Positions 32,501 to 47,997 of a stretch of DNA of 64,000 nt are shown here, piece after piece. How positions within the stretch are numbered: position 1 is the stretch's first letter; each line of letters begins with the position of its first letter. The DNA is from Phyllobates terribilis (Eukaryota). The notes under the pieces were generated by a model. That model did not search any database, was not told the origin of the DNA, and was given only the letters and a program-made list of their open reading frames with translations. The stretch spans positions 639,406,001 through 639,470,000 of the forward strand of contig NW_027362762.1 in assembly GCF_046119375.1 (NCBI RefSeq), written 5' to 3'. The position numbers and the translations under genes are program-made.

Positions 32501-34770
32501 GCAACCTTACCCATAATGTAACCCAGTGGACACAAGCTAACAGCTAATTTACTTTAAAGAAGTTGTCCACTACTTTATATGAACCCCCCAATGTATCCCC
32601 CCGGGGTCCAGAAGTATTTTTATAAATACCTTGCAATACCTTTTGTGCCTCTGAGCGGCGGGTCACGTGATACCTGTGAGCGGTTAGTGATAGCGCCGCT
32701 CACAGGCAGAAAAGGCACCACAAGGTATTTAGAGAAACACTTATGGGCCCTGGGGGAATACATTGGGGGATCATATAAAGTAGTGGACAACCCCTTTAAA
32801 TGCACCAGCACATTATAGGGTACTGCAATTTAATGAGATATGTGTAGATATACTGAATGATTGATTTTGTGCCATTTCTGGCTTTTTTATATTGTGTGAT
32901 ATACGTCTTTGGCCCAATTTTGTTTAAAGTTTATTGGTACAAAAAAAATAATTATGATCAGATTTTTGGATTATGACTCCATATCTCTTATCAGAACTGA
33001 AGTTTTCTAGTGGAATATCTACTACAGCCTGCATCATTTGGGCAATAGGCTGTATTAATATATTCATGACAATTGTGAATCTGTTTTGGATGATATTGAT
33101 TCTAGATTCATACATGAGCTCAGGAAAGTATTAAATAATGAGAGTCCTCAGTGGTTCATACCTTTTAATGGCTAACTAAAAAGATGGTGACAAATAGCAA
33201 AAACCGAGAGGGTTCCAGCATCCGCCAATGATTAGAAGCTTAAAACATGACTTTTCATGAAAACTAAGATTTCACAGCTTGAAACGCATAGACCAGTGTC
33301 CTTTTTATCTTCCTCCCCCATGTCTCCCCCATCCCCTTCCCCAACTTCATTGATATGTTTTTGCAAAAAAAACCTTTTTTTGTCCTTTTTCATTAAAAGT
33401 CTTGTTTTACATTTCTAATCATTGGTGGATGCTGGAACCCTCTCGTTTTTTCCTCTGCTACTGCCCAGCTGCCGCTCTGAAGTCCGTACACCACATTCTT
33501 CATATGGAGGCTTCAAACCATCTGTACTTGAAGAGCTGAACATTTCCTTTTCCCCTCTCCCATGATTTTTTAACTCACATATTTATACACAACAGAAAAC
33601 AGGGATAATGCAGAAATAAGACAAGTGATGGGAAGCAGAACTATCAATGTGAGAAACAGTTGTGGCAGTAAATATTGAGGCAGATCATAGATAAGGAGCG
33701 TGATAGTTTTATTGTCCTCTGATTGAGGTCTGTTCCAGAGTTGTGATACCCCCAAATGGTCTGAGGGGCACATTTCTTAAACGATGTAGAAAGACATAAA
33801 TTCATGCGACACATTCATGCCTGCTCTGAGTGTGTCACTTGTTGTCATAAGTTTGTACTCCCAGACTCTCTTGTCTCTCTGTGGTGGGAAATGTGAAGTT
33901 ACCGTTCAATACCAGCATCTCCCTGAAGAGTCTGGGAGTAGAAACTTATAACAAATGACAAACTGAGAGCAGGAATGAATGTGTCACATGAATTTATATC
34001 TTTCTACATCAATTAAGGAATGTGTTCCTCAAACTATTTGGGGGAATCACAACCCTGGACCAGACCACAATCAGAACGCAATAAAACTATCACACTCCTT
34101 ATCCATGATCTACTCCATTATTTACTGCCACAGCAGTATCTCTGCGTCCCACATTGGTAGTTCTGCTTCCCGTCACTTGTCTTATTTCTGCATTATTATT
34201 GTGTCCTGCTGTGTATAAATATGTGACTCCTCAGATTTTATGTTCTACTGAGCCTGATGAAGAGACCTGAGTAATCTAGAAAGCTGCCATTAAAAGATAT
34301 TAACCACTGAGGACTCTCAATCTTTAATATTTTTCTAGCTACATGGTACAAAGTTATGTTTCCTATATACGAGCACGGTCATCCTGCATACATCAGCACA
34401 ACCTGCTCCCCCTAGTGGCTGCAGAAAAGTTTGCATCTGCGTGCATAGACATTAGGATTTAAAAAAGATGCAATTGTGTTTTACCTGGGGACAACTGAGA
34501 AGTTGAGGGCCCTTCAAATTCTGGTGCTTTACGGAAGGACAGGCGCATTTTACTCTGGGGAGATTGAGAAGTTGAGGGCCCTTCAAATTCTGGTGCTTTA
34601 CGGAAGGACAGGCGCATTTTACTCTGGGGAGATTGAGAAGTTGCAGAACTCTTTCTCTGAGGAGACTGAGAGGTTGAAGGCCTTGTACTTTGGGAGGATG
34701 GAGAAGCTGCAGTCCTCTTTTGTGGCTGCTTCAACTTTCTGCGGTGTTGAGGGCTCTGCTGATTTTTCAT
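29523..34770 (-). CDS. cenpa: CENP-A (cenH3), copy 2; intact, with one E->Q substitution
   Basis: Exons 34770-34485, 31935-31808, 31717-31640, 29657-29523. Coding sequence reads identical to copy 1 except position 31642 (c->g on the plus strand), which changes the last codon of exon 3 from GAG to CAG (LQE->LQQ). Confidence 0.94.
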
Positions 34771-37700
34771 GATGTAAAATGTTGAGACACAATCAAAGCT
34801 GCAAACAAGACAATTCAACAGGATCATAAATTATTATTATTATTTATTATTATAAGCGCCATGGAATAAATGGCGCTTACATGTGAAAAAGGGGTATACG
34901 TAATAAAAACACTTCCAATAATATTGAAAAAAAGAGTCAGCGACTGGTACAGGAGGAGAGAGGACCCTGCCCGCGAGGGCTCACAATCTACAAGGGATGG
35001 GAGAGGATACAGTAGATGAGGGTAGAGTTGGTAGTGCAGCGTTATGGTGGAGCGGTGGTTACAGCAGGTTGTACGCTTGTCGGAAGTGGGTCTTCAGGTT
35101 CCTTTTGTAGGTTTCCATGGTAGGCGAGAGTCTGATATGTTGGGGTAGAGTGTTCCAGAGTAAGGGAGATACACGGAAGAAATCTCGGTAATCAGTGGCC
35201 ACTAGACCAGAGTCCTGTGAACTACCTCTTCTAATTAGTAGGCCCTGTGGGGTAATTACATTGTGTCGCAATGTAGGCATGATGTTGAGGGGGACTCCTA
35301 AGCAGAAGAGGTGTTGGGAATGTCACGAGTAGCAGAAGGCTTGCAGGGTTGTGGTCCAGCAGGCACTAAGGTGCAGCGAATCTGTTTGTGAAACTGTTTA
35401 ACCTCATATACCTTTGCAAAAGTTCTCAGGTCTCCTGTCTGGAGGAGTTGTAAGAATTGTCAGAAGTCTGGCCCATCCTCTAATAAGGAGCAGAGAAGAT
35501 GAGATAAGACACGCAGGGCCACGTCACATGGGATTATCTCACTGAGAGGCTATGTTCACATGTTGCGTAACTTTTGCTGTGTTTTTTATTCAAATTAAAA
35601 GGCTGCTTTTCACGGTATCAGCAAAGTTAAAAGATTTCAGAAATATAATTCACAGGCTTGTTTTTTTCCACAACTATATTGGAAAACTGCTGCGTTTTTT
35701 AAAACTGCAGCATGTCAATTCTTTCAGCATTTTTTCATCCATATAAAGCAATCAGTTTTTGTAGTGATTTTGTTTGAAAAAAATATATACAGGTACAGCA
35801 AGATGTGAAACACATTTATTTTGGGGATTTTCTTAAATTTGTGTCTTGGTATCCTCAAATGAGCATGGTTGTTAGTATTAGTACAGTTTACTTTAACACA
35901 TACCACAAATTTAATTAAACAATGTCTGACCAACTCAATGCCCTACCAATGTGTGAGTGTCCTACCAATGTCTGAAAGTAAACAATGCCCTACAAATGTG
36001 TTAGGTTAAAAGTGGGCACCACACAGCCAGCACCACGTACAGTGGGAACCATGCGGATGGTAGCTTGATCCAATCACTGCTGGTTAACCATTAAATGGCA
36101 CTGTAACCCCTGACAGGCATTTATGTGGCACAGTCCTGGGGCCGTCTCCGTTCCTTCCCCATGATCCGATATCGGAGAGCTGATGTGCCACCATGGCAGC
36201 TGGGGCCCTGCTGATGCCACTGTTGCCGCCTTCTTGATACTCGTGTACAGCTGAGCCACAAGGGCCACATACGAGGCCGTGATCGCCACATACTGAAGTC
36301 CCGCACTATATACAACATTTCATGAGCACAGATGGAAGGGATAGAAAAGTAAGTAATAAATTCCCACCGCCTCCATTTTCCTTGTTTAAAAATCCCCAAG
36401 TTATGAAAAATAAGAAGAATATCTGGTAACACTGAGCAAAACCATTCCCAGGACCCCGGAGTAGTGGCCCGGCTACTGCCTCACTAGCTGCCGGCATCCC
36501 TGGAGCCTCTTAGGACTAGTAGGCCAGAACAGCCATTGCAGAGACCCGGGGGTGGAGCAGGTAGGGGGGCTGGCATGGAGCCTCTACAGCACGGCCCTGA
36601 CACTATTTTGCCCAATGCTAATATCTGGCATCACATATAAAGCCTCATGTAGCAGAATAACACCAGTAGGCGGTGCTGACACCCACGATTGTTTGCTGTG
36701 GATGTACAGTGTGAACGGAGCCGCTGAGCGCAGATCTGGGGGCGGAGTTGCGGCCGCTGCCGGGAACCACTGCTTTGTGCGCTGCAGTAACCACGGGAGG
36801 CCAGCAGAGGCCGCCACAGCCTGAGCGAGGCCCAGCAGCTCCAGTGTAAAATGACAGCTTATCTGTGAGGAGTCGGGTGGGAGTTGTAGTCCCACACGCT
36901 GCAGACCTCTGCTGCATAGAGTGGTGGGCACGTACAGGCAATCCCCCCGGTAATCCCCCCTCACCAGTCAGGACGCGTCTATCTCCTGCCGACAAGTTTC
37001 CACCTACGGCCCGCGCGCTGCTGCTTAGGAAACGGGGAGGGGCTTACATCCAGCCAATAGCTGCGGCCCATTTTTTCTCTCGTCTCAATAGACTTTATTG
37101 TACAAGACAATGAGAACATTATTCTGGAAGAGGAGATACAAAAATACACTGAGCCTATGGGGGTGACTGGCAGGGCGGGGGCCCAGAGAGTTGCCTGCTG
37201 TGGCACAGGTCAGGGAAGGAAGGTGCACGCTTCTATGGGGGGCACACATTCTCCCCCAGAATGCCTCAGGCCTCTTTCACACGTCAGTATTTCCGGTACG
37301 AGTGGTGACAGTTTCCACACATACCGGAGACACTGACACACGTAGACCCATTCTAATCTATGGTCTGCGCTCATGTCAGTGCGTTTCCACGGACCGTATG
37401 TCCCACACATAGACATGTCCGTTTTTGGCCGGCAGCACGGGTCACACGGACCCATTCAAGTCAATAACTCCGTGTAAACACGTACCGCACATGGATTTCT
37501 TCTGTGTGACACGTACCGGCACCTGAGAATCAGCGTACAGTTAGCGCTGTTCCCGAGCGCTGGGTGCTGAACGCTGCCCTCATCATGGTTCCCTGCGATC
37601 AGCACCAACAGGGACAATGATGAGAGTAGTAGTGTCTGCTCCCGCAGTGTCCAACTGTAAAAATAAGAACAAAATTTAAATTACTCACCTGTCCTAAGTG

Positions 37701-40700
37701 TCCCCTGCTGTAATCCATCCCTGCAGTGAGCGGGCCCCGCAGCTGTGCTCTGCGAGTGACAGGATAGCGCTCAATGAGCTCAGCGCAGCTTCGGGGTCCA
37801 CTCACTGCAGGAGTCAGTCTCCTCGGTGTGAGCGATCGTATGGATTACAGCGGGGGACACTTAGGATTTTATTCTTATTTCTACACCAGGTCACAGCGGG
37901 AGCAGAATACTTCTCTCCTCATTGTCCCTGCTGGTGCTGATTGCAGCGCAAGCAGGGGACAATGATGAGGGCAGTGTTCGGCACTTGGAAACAGCGCTAA
38001 CTGTACCACTGATTCCCAGGCGTCAATACATGTGTTCCTGATGCGGCACATGGTTGCCACGTGTATGTGTGGCGCCCCTGAGGGTACAGTCGCCACAGAG
38101 GTATTGCATCTCACCCAGAGGTGTGGTATCCCACTCTCAGGTAAGGATAGAGTGCTGCCCAGGACCCTAACACCTGCATCCAACACGTCCACTTCAGTAG
38201 GGCAGGGCGAGTTTGCTCCTAAGGGAGAGCACAGTCCCTGGTCCCTGGCTGGAGTGGAGGGGAACCAAGTGAGGGGGAACCATATAGTGGGTGTGGGTGG
38301 AGGACGTAGTTTAGGGAAGCACTTCAGTAGCTGTATAAAAAGGGGAGCCATCTTAGGCAGACAAGCCAGTCAGAGGAGGAGAAGTGAAAGGATCAGGGGC
38401 TCTGCAGGAGCTCTGCTCGGGAGGCGGGCCTAGCCCGAGAGGCCCAGGACTGAGAGAGGAGAGGGAGCAGGAGAAAGGCTCCAGGAACAGAAGGGATCCC
38501 AGGGGTAAGGGAAGTGCTGGAGGCCACTCGTACGCCCAAATCTGCCAGGCGGTGGAGGGATCGAGCCGCAGAGGGGACCGGCCCCTAAACTAGTGGAGAA
38601 CTACAAGGCTCAGCTAGGAACCGGAGGCTGCTGTACTTGTAAGGTGCAGTGGCCACATCCGCAATTATATCGCTGAAAAGGTGGCCACAGAGGGTCCAGG
38701 GGACTGCAGGTCGCCCGACAAGACCCGAGGCTACCAGATTGGGACACTGGTTGCGAGGCGCAGGGCAGGAGGGCGAGAGCCAGCGCAGGAAGACGACTGA
38801 GGAAGGCACATAGAAAGGGGTCCTGTCAGGCACTCTTGAATTACCTGAGGGATTGCTGAACCCCTGCCTGGTGAACGCAGCACGACGTGGGAGGTTGTAG
38901 TCTGGAACCTGTAACCTGAGGAACTTAATAACTGTGAATAAACTCGGAAGACTGCACCCCCCTCTCTCTGTGATTATTATGTGCGCCATCACCCCTGCAC
39001 TACAACGCCCAGCATCATCTGCATCACCTACAACATCTACACTGCCCTCGAGCTAAGCTCTGCCTGTGGAGAGCTGAACCAACCCTGCTGCACTAACATC
39101 AGCTCCAGAGGTTCTGCACCGCAGCTGCGGCTCCACATAGCCGCATACCACAGGTGGCGCCACAAACTATATATATAAAAACTATAAATCCCCTGTAAAT
39201 ATCCCGCTTTTGATTGACCGCTCTGGGTCACGGACCGGGTCACTGCGACTGTGACATCTCCCATAGCCACGACCGGCCCGGCACCGAGTACCCCACGGCC
39301 CCGGGGGCGCGTCATATGCCACACAGGTGCACCTGGATATCTTCGGTACTGTTTTTTTCCGGTACCGAAATATCAGGATGTGTGAAAGAGCCCTCAGTGT
39401 AATGTCTCCAATTTTCCACCAGCCATTCCAGCTCTTCATCTTCCCCACACAAATCCAGCTGCTGCCACTGCATTACATGTGGCTGCTGTGGGCCCATCAC
39501 TATCTGACAGTGTTCATCTGTGAAGATGGGAATAACCCTTTAAGGATTGTCATTCAAAGTCTATATAAAAAATGTTGCCACTTTTCATAGACGAGAATTA
39601 CTTGCCTCCAGTACTTTAGGCCACAGTTTGGATGCAGTCCCACAAAGCTACCGTTGGATGCCAGCAAATTGCAGTCAAGATCCGAAGTCACCGGAGTTGT
39701 CAGATTGATTGGTCATTATTAATGGGATTGTCCACTACTCAGACAACTCCTTCTCAATCACCATATTTTCTCATATAAAATAATAATAGCCTTTACTCAC
39801 ATCCAGTGCCGGCGCCGTTAAAGTGACATCGGTGATGGTTCATAACTGATATCCAGAGGGAGTGAGAGAGTATCAGCAGCTCTCACTTATTCTGTGTGTC
39901 AGTTTCGTCTGAACTAAGTGAGCGTGAAGCGATCCATTATCAGTCGCTGATAGGCTGCTGGGCTCACGTAACATAACGTCACTATAGACCCAAGCCAGTA
40001 AGTACAGGCTGTTATTATTTTACACGGTGGAGTATTGTAATTAGGGGGGTGTTGCTAGCATCAAAGATCCGTGGCTCTGGCCCTACACTTCTTAGCCGGA
40101 ACTCCGGATCACCTGTGACCGCCGCATTGAACTGTGTCAACATGATGCCTATACAGTTGAATCCCGTGATAGAGCAGGGAACAAAATATCCCTTCTCTAT
40201 TGCTGCCCATTTCCTAAGCCCCAGAGTGCTATAAGCCTGCAGCTCACGAGGCGCCACTTCTGCAGGTCCACTATAGAAGCCAGAAGCAGAGACACAGGCT
40301 GCGGTGCTGGGAGTCTGGATGAGGTGAGTATAATCTTTATTGTTTTTCATATTATTGCGTTGTGGGAGAACATTACCTGTATATTAGGGAGCTGTGGGAG
40401 ACCATCGTCTATATACAGAGGGGGCTGTGGGAGACCATCAGTATACACAAGAGGCTGTGTGGGACCATGATAATGTATACAGAGGGGGCCATAGGAGACC
40501 ATCATCTGTATACACAGAGGGCTGTGGGAGACCATAATTGTTATGCGCTTCGCAGAGGGACTCAGCAATACTGGTACAGAACCAGCAAAGGCGTGGCCAC
40601 AGATGCACTTGGCTCAAACTGCCCCGCTAGGCGAGCCCTTTAGGGTTGGGAGTACTCTTTTCCCAGCTCGCAGTAAATGGAAGAGGGACTTCGGCAGAGC

Positions 40701-42163
40701 CCTTCCCTAGGCCTACTGTTGCCAGACAGCTGGAATCTGGTGACGCAGCTGGTGACTAGTCAAGAACCAAGGTGAGTACCACTGCAAGAACCCGAGGAAG
40801 TAAAACCAGACGAGAAAATGAGAAAACCCCTGAAAAGTTAGCAAGACTAATGCTAGCACCACTCACCACCATGCACATAGGGAACTGAAATAAACAGCAA
40901 AGGACTGAGCAGGGAGCAGGGTTATATAGCCTGCTTAATGATCAGGTACTGAATACCTCCCAATTATCCCCAGACAACCACTTCCTGCTAGCTTCAACAG
41001 CCGACTGGACAAAATTTCACCATTGCTTAGTACAGGACAAAACAGCGTCCTGTGTTGCCTGGCAACCGGGGAAGACAGCGTCCCATCTTCCCTGGGAGAG
41101 AAATCAGGAAGAGAAAGGGATAAAAAAAAATCGGAGCATGATCTGACCACAATATATCTCCGATTGATGCCTCAGGGTGCCAGGACAAAGCATGATGACT
41201 CAAAAGAAAAAAAGTCTATGCGACTGTATGAATTATTCACAGGTGAAAAATATGTATAATCCTTACTCCGAGGATTCATTATCTGCCACACATCTGTCAG
41301 TCGGAGGGAATGGAGGACCCGCTTGAGAGAACGCAGATGTCTTACTGGAACTATTCCCCTCCCAGAGGAAGAATCCTCCGGCAGATTAAAAGTGAACTTG
41401 AAGTCTCCACCTGCAATCAACGTGACGTACCCTCTGTAAAATTAGAGAGTGATGCTAGGAAGGAGCGGCAGGAAGAGATCTGACCCTTATTAGGAAGGTA
41501 CCAATTAGCTGTGGTATAAAATGAATTTGCAGTCTTTAATTTGTGAAATATGTATCTGCCTTGATCTTCTGTAAGTGTATCAATGAGAGAAAATCCTAGT
41601 GACTTATGGACTGCAATTGAAACACCATTAGATTTTTACTCTGCATTAGTACTATGGAACCAATTAGTGAAATATCTGTTCTTTATTTTAGGACTATGTT
41701 CAGATTTAAAGTGTGTCTCTTGTAATAAAAGAATATGAACCCTTTTTTATGCATAGTATAGAGGATCTGTGAGCGTTTTTGAGGAATATTAAAGCCTCGA
41801 ACATTAAGTGAACTGATTTTAACAGAGGTCATATCTGGGACCAGGGAAAAAAGTAGGGAAAGTAAAAAAGGAGAGAAAAAAAGGAAAGAAGTAAGAAAAG
41901 AACAGAATCCCTAACCAATCAGGAATGACTCCCTCCAGAAACCAATGGAGAATAGTCTCCCTAACCACCAGGGAATTCCCCAAAAATGGAAAGACAATGG
42001 AGGGGAGAAAAAAAATTCCACATCCGTCCAGCACAGCATAGATCCCCTTAGCGGAAGCGAGCTTTCTAAAGAGGGTAACATCCCCCTTAGGGCCTAACCA
42101 CAGGCCCTATACAGCATAAGAATAAAACACTTTAAGACGCATAAGATATTTAACTTGAATATA

Positions 42164-43812
42164 CAGTCATATGAAAAAGTTTGGGCACCCCTATTAATCT
42201 TAAGCTTAATGTTTTATAAAAATTGGTGTTTATGCAACAGCTATTTCAGTTTGATATATGTAATAACTGTTGGACACAGTAATGTTTCTGCCTTGAAATG
42301 AGGTTTATTGTACTAACAGAAAATGTGCAATCTGCATTCAAACAAAATTTGACAGGTGCATAAGTATGGGCACCCTTATCATTTTCTTGTATTAAATACT
42401 CCTACCTACTTTTTACTGACTTACTAAAGCACTTTTTGGGGTTTTGTAACCTCATTGAGCTTTGAACTTCATAGCCAGGTGTATGCAATCATGAGAAAAG
42501 CTACTTAAAGTGGCCACTTGCAAGTTGTTCTCCTGTTTGAATCTCCTCTGAAGAGTGGCATCATGGGCTCCTCAAAACAACTGTCAAATGATCTGAAAAC
42601 AAAGATTATTCAACATAGTTGTTCAGGTGAAGGATACAAAAACTGTCTCAGAGATTTAACCTGTCAGTTTCCACTGTAAGGAACATAGTAAGTAAATGGA
42701 AGAACACAGGCACAGTTCTTGTTAAGGCCAGAAGTGGCAGGCCAAGAAAAACATCAGAAAGGCAGAGAAGAAGAATGGTGAGATCAGTCAAGGACAATCC
42801 TCAGACCATCTCCAGAGAGCTGCAGCATCAACTTGCTGCAGATGGTGTCACTGTGCATCGGTCAACTATACAACGCACTTTGCACAAGGAGAAGCTGTAT
42901 GGGAGAGTGATGCGAAAGAAGCCGTTTCTGCAAGCACGCCACAAACAGAGTCGGCTGAGGTATGCAAAAGCACAATTGGAGAAGCCAATTTTTTTTTGGA
43001 AGAAGGTCCTGTGGACTGATGAAACCAAGATTGAGTTGTTTGGTCATACAAAAAGGAGTTATGCATGGCGGCAAAAAAACACAGCATTCCAAGAAAAACA
43101 CTTGCTACCCACAGTAAAATTTGGTGGAGGTTCCATCATGCTTTGGGGCTGTGTGGCCAATGCCGGCACCGGGAATCTTGTTAAAGTTGAGGGACGCATG
43201 GATTCCACTCAGTATCAGCAGATTCTTGACAATAATGTTCAAGAATCAGTGATAAAGTTGAAGTTACGCAGGGGATGGATCTTTCAGCAAGACAATGATC
43301 CAAAACACCGCTCAAAATCTACTCAGGCATTCATGCAGAGGAACAATTACAATGTTCTGGAATGGCCATTCCAGTCCCCAGACCTGAATATCATTGAACA
43401 TCTGTGGGATCATTTGAAGAGGGCTGTCCATGCTCGGCGACCATCAAACTTAACTGAACTGGAATTGTTTTGTAAAGAGAAATGGTCAAAAATACCTTCA
43501 TCCAGGATCCAGGAACTCATTAAAAGCTACAGGAAGCGACCAGAGGCTGCTATTTTTGCAAAAGGAGGATCTACTAAATATTAATGTCACTTTTCTGGTG
43601 AGGTGCCCATACTTATGCACCTGTCAAATTTTGTTTGAATGCAGAGTGCACATTTTCTGTTAGTACAATAAACCTCATTTCAAGGCAGCAACATTACTGT
43701 GTCCAACAGTTATTACATATATCAAACTGAAATAGCTGTTGCAAAAACACCAATTTTTATAAAACATTAAGCTTAAGATTAATAGGGGTGCCCAAACTTT
43801 TTCATATAACTG
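42164..43812 (+). mobile_element. Full-length Tc1 DNA transposon, IR/DR type, in U3 (same insertion site as U2)
   Basis: Same termini, TA TSD and flanks as the U2 copy. I found 3 substitutions relative to it. Confidence 0.97.
42563..43584 (+). pseudogene. Tc1 DD34E transposase with the same -1 frameshift
   Basis: Identical ggatacaaaaactgtctc frameshift and the same 269-aa downstream ORF (42775-43584). Confidence 0.93.
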
Positions 43813-46800
43813 TATATATCCATATCATGTGTAGATATATACCAACCCATATACTGTATATCAGGGGTCTCAAACTCGGCTAAGTATATGGGCCGCACAG
43901 AAAAAATGTGAATTTGAAGGGCCACATTCATTGCAGAGTGATATTAAATTTTTAATGGTACCAAATTGTTTTTTCTATACACCTTTTGGATCATTTTTGG
44001 GCTTTTTTATTTTATTCTTTTACATGGCATTCATTTTATGGGCTATGGTACAGTTTTACAGTTTTTACAATTTTTATTTCCCCTAATTGGTAACATACAG
44101 TGATTTGTGTTCTTACAATTTGCACCATATAGTAATTCTGACCAACTTCTCATAGTAATGTCTCCATCGTGTAGTAGTTTCCCCATCTCGTGGTAATGTC
44201 CCCATCCTGGTCCCCATCTTGCAGTAATGTCCCCATCCTTGTCCGCATCTTGTAATAATGTCCTCCATCTTGGTCCCCATCTTGCAGTAATGTCCCCATC
44301 TTGTAATAATGTCCTCCATCTTGGTCCCCATCTTGTAGTAATGTGCCCATTCTGGTCCCCATCTTGTAGTAATGTATCCATCTTGTAGTAGTTTCCCCAT
44401 CTTGTAGTAATGTCCCCATCCTGGTCCCCATCTTGCAGTAATGTCCCCATCCTTGTCCGCATCTTGTAATAATGTCCTCCATCTTGGTCCCCATCTTGTA
44501 GTAATGTGCCCATACCGGTCCCCATCTTGTAGTAATGTGCCCATACCGGTCCCCATCTTGTAGTCATGTTACAACTGCCAGCAGGTTATAACAGCCCACC
44601 GAGTCCTGTGTCCTCCGGGGAAGTGATCCAGCCAACTCTCAGGTAACTTGAGTGCACTTGATCGGGACCCCATTCTTGTGTACCTTTCTCGGGTCGTCTC
44701 TCTCTGCGCTGGCTTTCGCCCTCCTGCCCTGCGCCTCACACACAGTGTCCCGAGCCAGTGGCCGCAGGCCTTGTCCTCTCTGTCCTATATGGCCACCTTT
44801 TCAGCGAATGTGTGTGGTTTTGGCTACGGCACTTAGAGATACCGCAGCCTCCGGTTTGCTAGTTGAGTCTTGCAGTCCTCCACTAGTCTGGGGCCGGTCC
44901 CCTACTGTGACCTGATCCCTTCTCCCGACTACGGTCGGTGTGAGTTCGGGCGCACAGGTGGACTCCGCACTTCCCGTGGCCCTAGGATCCCTTCTCTGTC
45001 TCTGGAGCCCTTCTCTGACTCCCTCGCTCCTCTCATTCTCTCTCCTACTGGGCCCCTCTAACTGGGTCCTCACTCTGTCTGGACCCTACTCCTCAATGGT
45101 CCTCACTCACTGGGCGCTTCTAGATGTTTCTACCTGTCTTTTTATACTGTCTGTCATGTGACCCACGTCACTAACTGTCACTCTACGTGGTCCCCTCTAC
45201 CTTCAGTCATTCCTTGTGTGCTCCCTTAAACTACTTCCTCCACCCACTTCCTCTACCTAGTTCCCTCCTCCAGACAGGGACAGGGACTGTGCTCTCCCTC
45301 AAGAACAATCTCGCCCTTCCCTACTGGAGTGATGTGGTGTTGGATGTGGGTGTGTGGGTCCTGGGTAGTGCTCCCTCCTTACCCGAGAGTGGGGTACCAC
45401 ACCTCTGGCTGAGATGCAGTACCTCTGTGGCGACTGGACCCGCAGGGGCGCCACACTCACCTAAAGAGGGCACCAGGGCTGAAGATGATTTTAGCAACTG
45501 TATGGGAGACAAGAACCTGTTGGGCCTTATCCAATCTACCAGACTGTAAATATTGTAATTACTCCTTTCCCCCAAGTAAAACCCCAGTTATGGTTAATAA
45601 CTTTGTGTCCTCTGAAATTATGACTGCCCTGGTCCCAGAAGAGAAATGTCTGGAGACAGCCACGACCGGATGGTGTGAAGTAAGTGAAGAATGTCACATG
45701 CACTGCCACACATCAGAGGGAGGACACGAATTGTCTGCAAGGAGCCAAAAAGAGCAGGGGCCACAACTCGCCCACGACTACCTCGCTGGGGCACCTTACA
45801 GGCCAATGCTGGTCCTTAACTTGTAGAACATTCAACTGAAAAGAATCACGGATTTCGGCGGCCCTCAGAACCAGGTCGTAATCATTACGGGGGCTCCGGT
45901 GCCTGCTGGCCTCATTAAGCAGCCTCAGGGGCCGTATGCGGCCCTCGGGCCGCATATTTGAGTCCCTTGCTGTATATGAACATACATACAAGCAAACCTA
46001 GGCCTGTTACCAAACAGTGAACTTGAAACTAGATAGATGTTCTGAACTGATTACTATAGAGGACTATCAACCTCCTATACAACATAGCTTATTCCTGTTT
46101 GAGAGGTATTGGAATGAAGAGGGAAATAAAAAATCACTCAAATACAAAAGACCAATCAGTCTGGAGGAGAAGGGTCAGATTATCTCTAGAATTGTGACTC
46201 AATTTTTGCTGGGGACGAGGCACATCTTCCATCCCAGGGCCTACAGGTAGGTCTGGCCAGTCCGATGATGACACTGAAACAAGAGGCAAACCAAGTCCTG
46301 CAGTAAACGCCGTAAATCTCCCATGCAGAGCTGAACATGTAAAGTACCAGAATGACGTACTTGTAGACAGAAGGGAAAACCCCATGAATAAAGAATTTCT
46401 TGATGTCGCAATATGTCCAATAAAGGTCTCAGAGCTCTTCTCTTTTGTAGAGCGTGGTGTGATAGATCATGTTTAACATGTTCCTGGTAGGTTATAGAAT
46501 CCATCCCACGGGCCTTATTAAGAATATTTTGCTTCACTTTATATCTTACAGACACGGCGATACCAATTAGGTGTACTTTTTTGTTTAGTTTTTTTTAATT
46601 ACAAACGCTGCGTTTTGAGTGCCAAAATGGTTTTTCGTGATTTGTGTACGTTTTTTTTTTTACATATTTTAACTTTTTTAAAATTTTTCCCTGTGGGACA
46701 TGTATAATTTTTACTTTGATTTCTGGTCTCATACACTGCAGTGCATGAGAGCAGTCAGCGAGTCACTGACTCACCCTGTGAGACCCAGCTTATAGTTGGA

Positions 46801-47997
46801 TCTCACAGGCCACCATACCCTGGGGTCATCACATGACCTCAGGGTAAAATGGTAACCATTAAGATCCGCGATTCTCACTGCGAGGTTCCAACGGTTACTA
46901 AGAGGGTCTTGCAACATGCACAGCTGACACCCACAGAAACTGCAGCTGCCGGTATTTCCTTATTCCCAATCGCCGTTTTAAAATGGCGATCAGGAATAAG
47001 GCCCCTTAACAATCACCTTTTCTAATGCGTATCGGTGGTCATTAAGTCATTAAGGTGTTAAAACCACATGTTATCTGGTTAAAGCCCTATGTCCCTAATT
47101 TATTATGGAGATTTTTGAGCCATTAGAAAATGATGTTTTTCATGCAAAAACCACCTCAGAAAACTCCTTTTCTAGGAAGCTGTTGGAGCAGTTTCTCTCC
47201 TAAAGTATCTTTTGCAGCCTTTTGATATGACAAGGCCTAGTATGGAGCAGATTCTGCAACAGAATGAGGGAAACAGATTAGGAAACAAGCGGTTAAGGCT
47301 CTCATAAGATGCTATTGGGTTCATGAACTTTTTTTGACTGGAGGTATAATTTGTTGTATTGTATAATGGTACAGTAACAACTGCAACCAAAATAAGCTCT
47401 GCAGATAATGACCTCAATAAGCACAATCTGAACAAACAAAGAGGCAGTGTAAAGCATAAGGGATGGAAAGAGCAAAAGTCTGAATCACTCAGTCGGTGGA
47501 TTTCACACTGTCTACTGCTCCAAAGGACAATGCAGCTAAGCTCCATTCAATGATCACAGCTGAGTCCTAACAGACAGAAGTGTAACAACAAAGTAATAAA
47601 CAAACATCCTTATTTTATTAATATACAAAACACAACTGAATAAAATAAAGCATTAAAGTGATACAAAATAACAAATAACTTTATGAACGGAACGCACCTC
47701 CCCGCATGAGTGTTAGAGCCCCCCATACACATTAGACTAACATCAGTCTTTACACCAATCCCATTAGAATTCCTCATTGCTACCAGCAAAATCTTTGGTT
47801 ACAAATCACATAGCATTTACCCCCATAATAAATGGAAACATGCCAGCACCGAACTAATGCCAGAAGGGGGCACTAAAGCTGGCTTACCTTCAAACTTCTG
47901 TATTTTTATGAAACTTGGGAAAATAACGTTTTTATTCATGGGGACTTTTCATTGGGAAGATTAACAACTTTGGAAATGATGATTGTAACATGACATA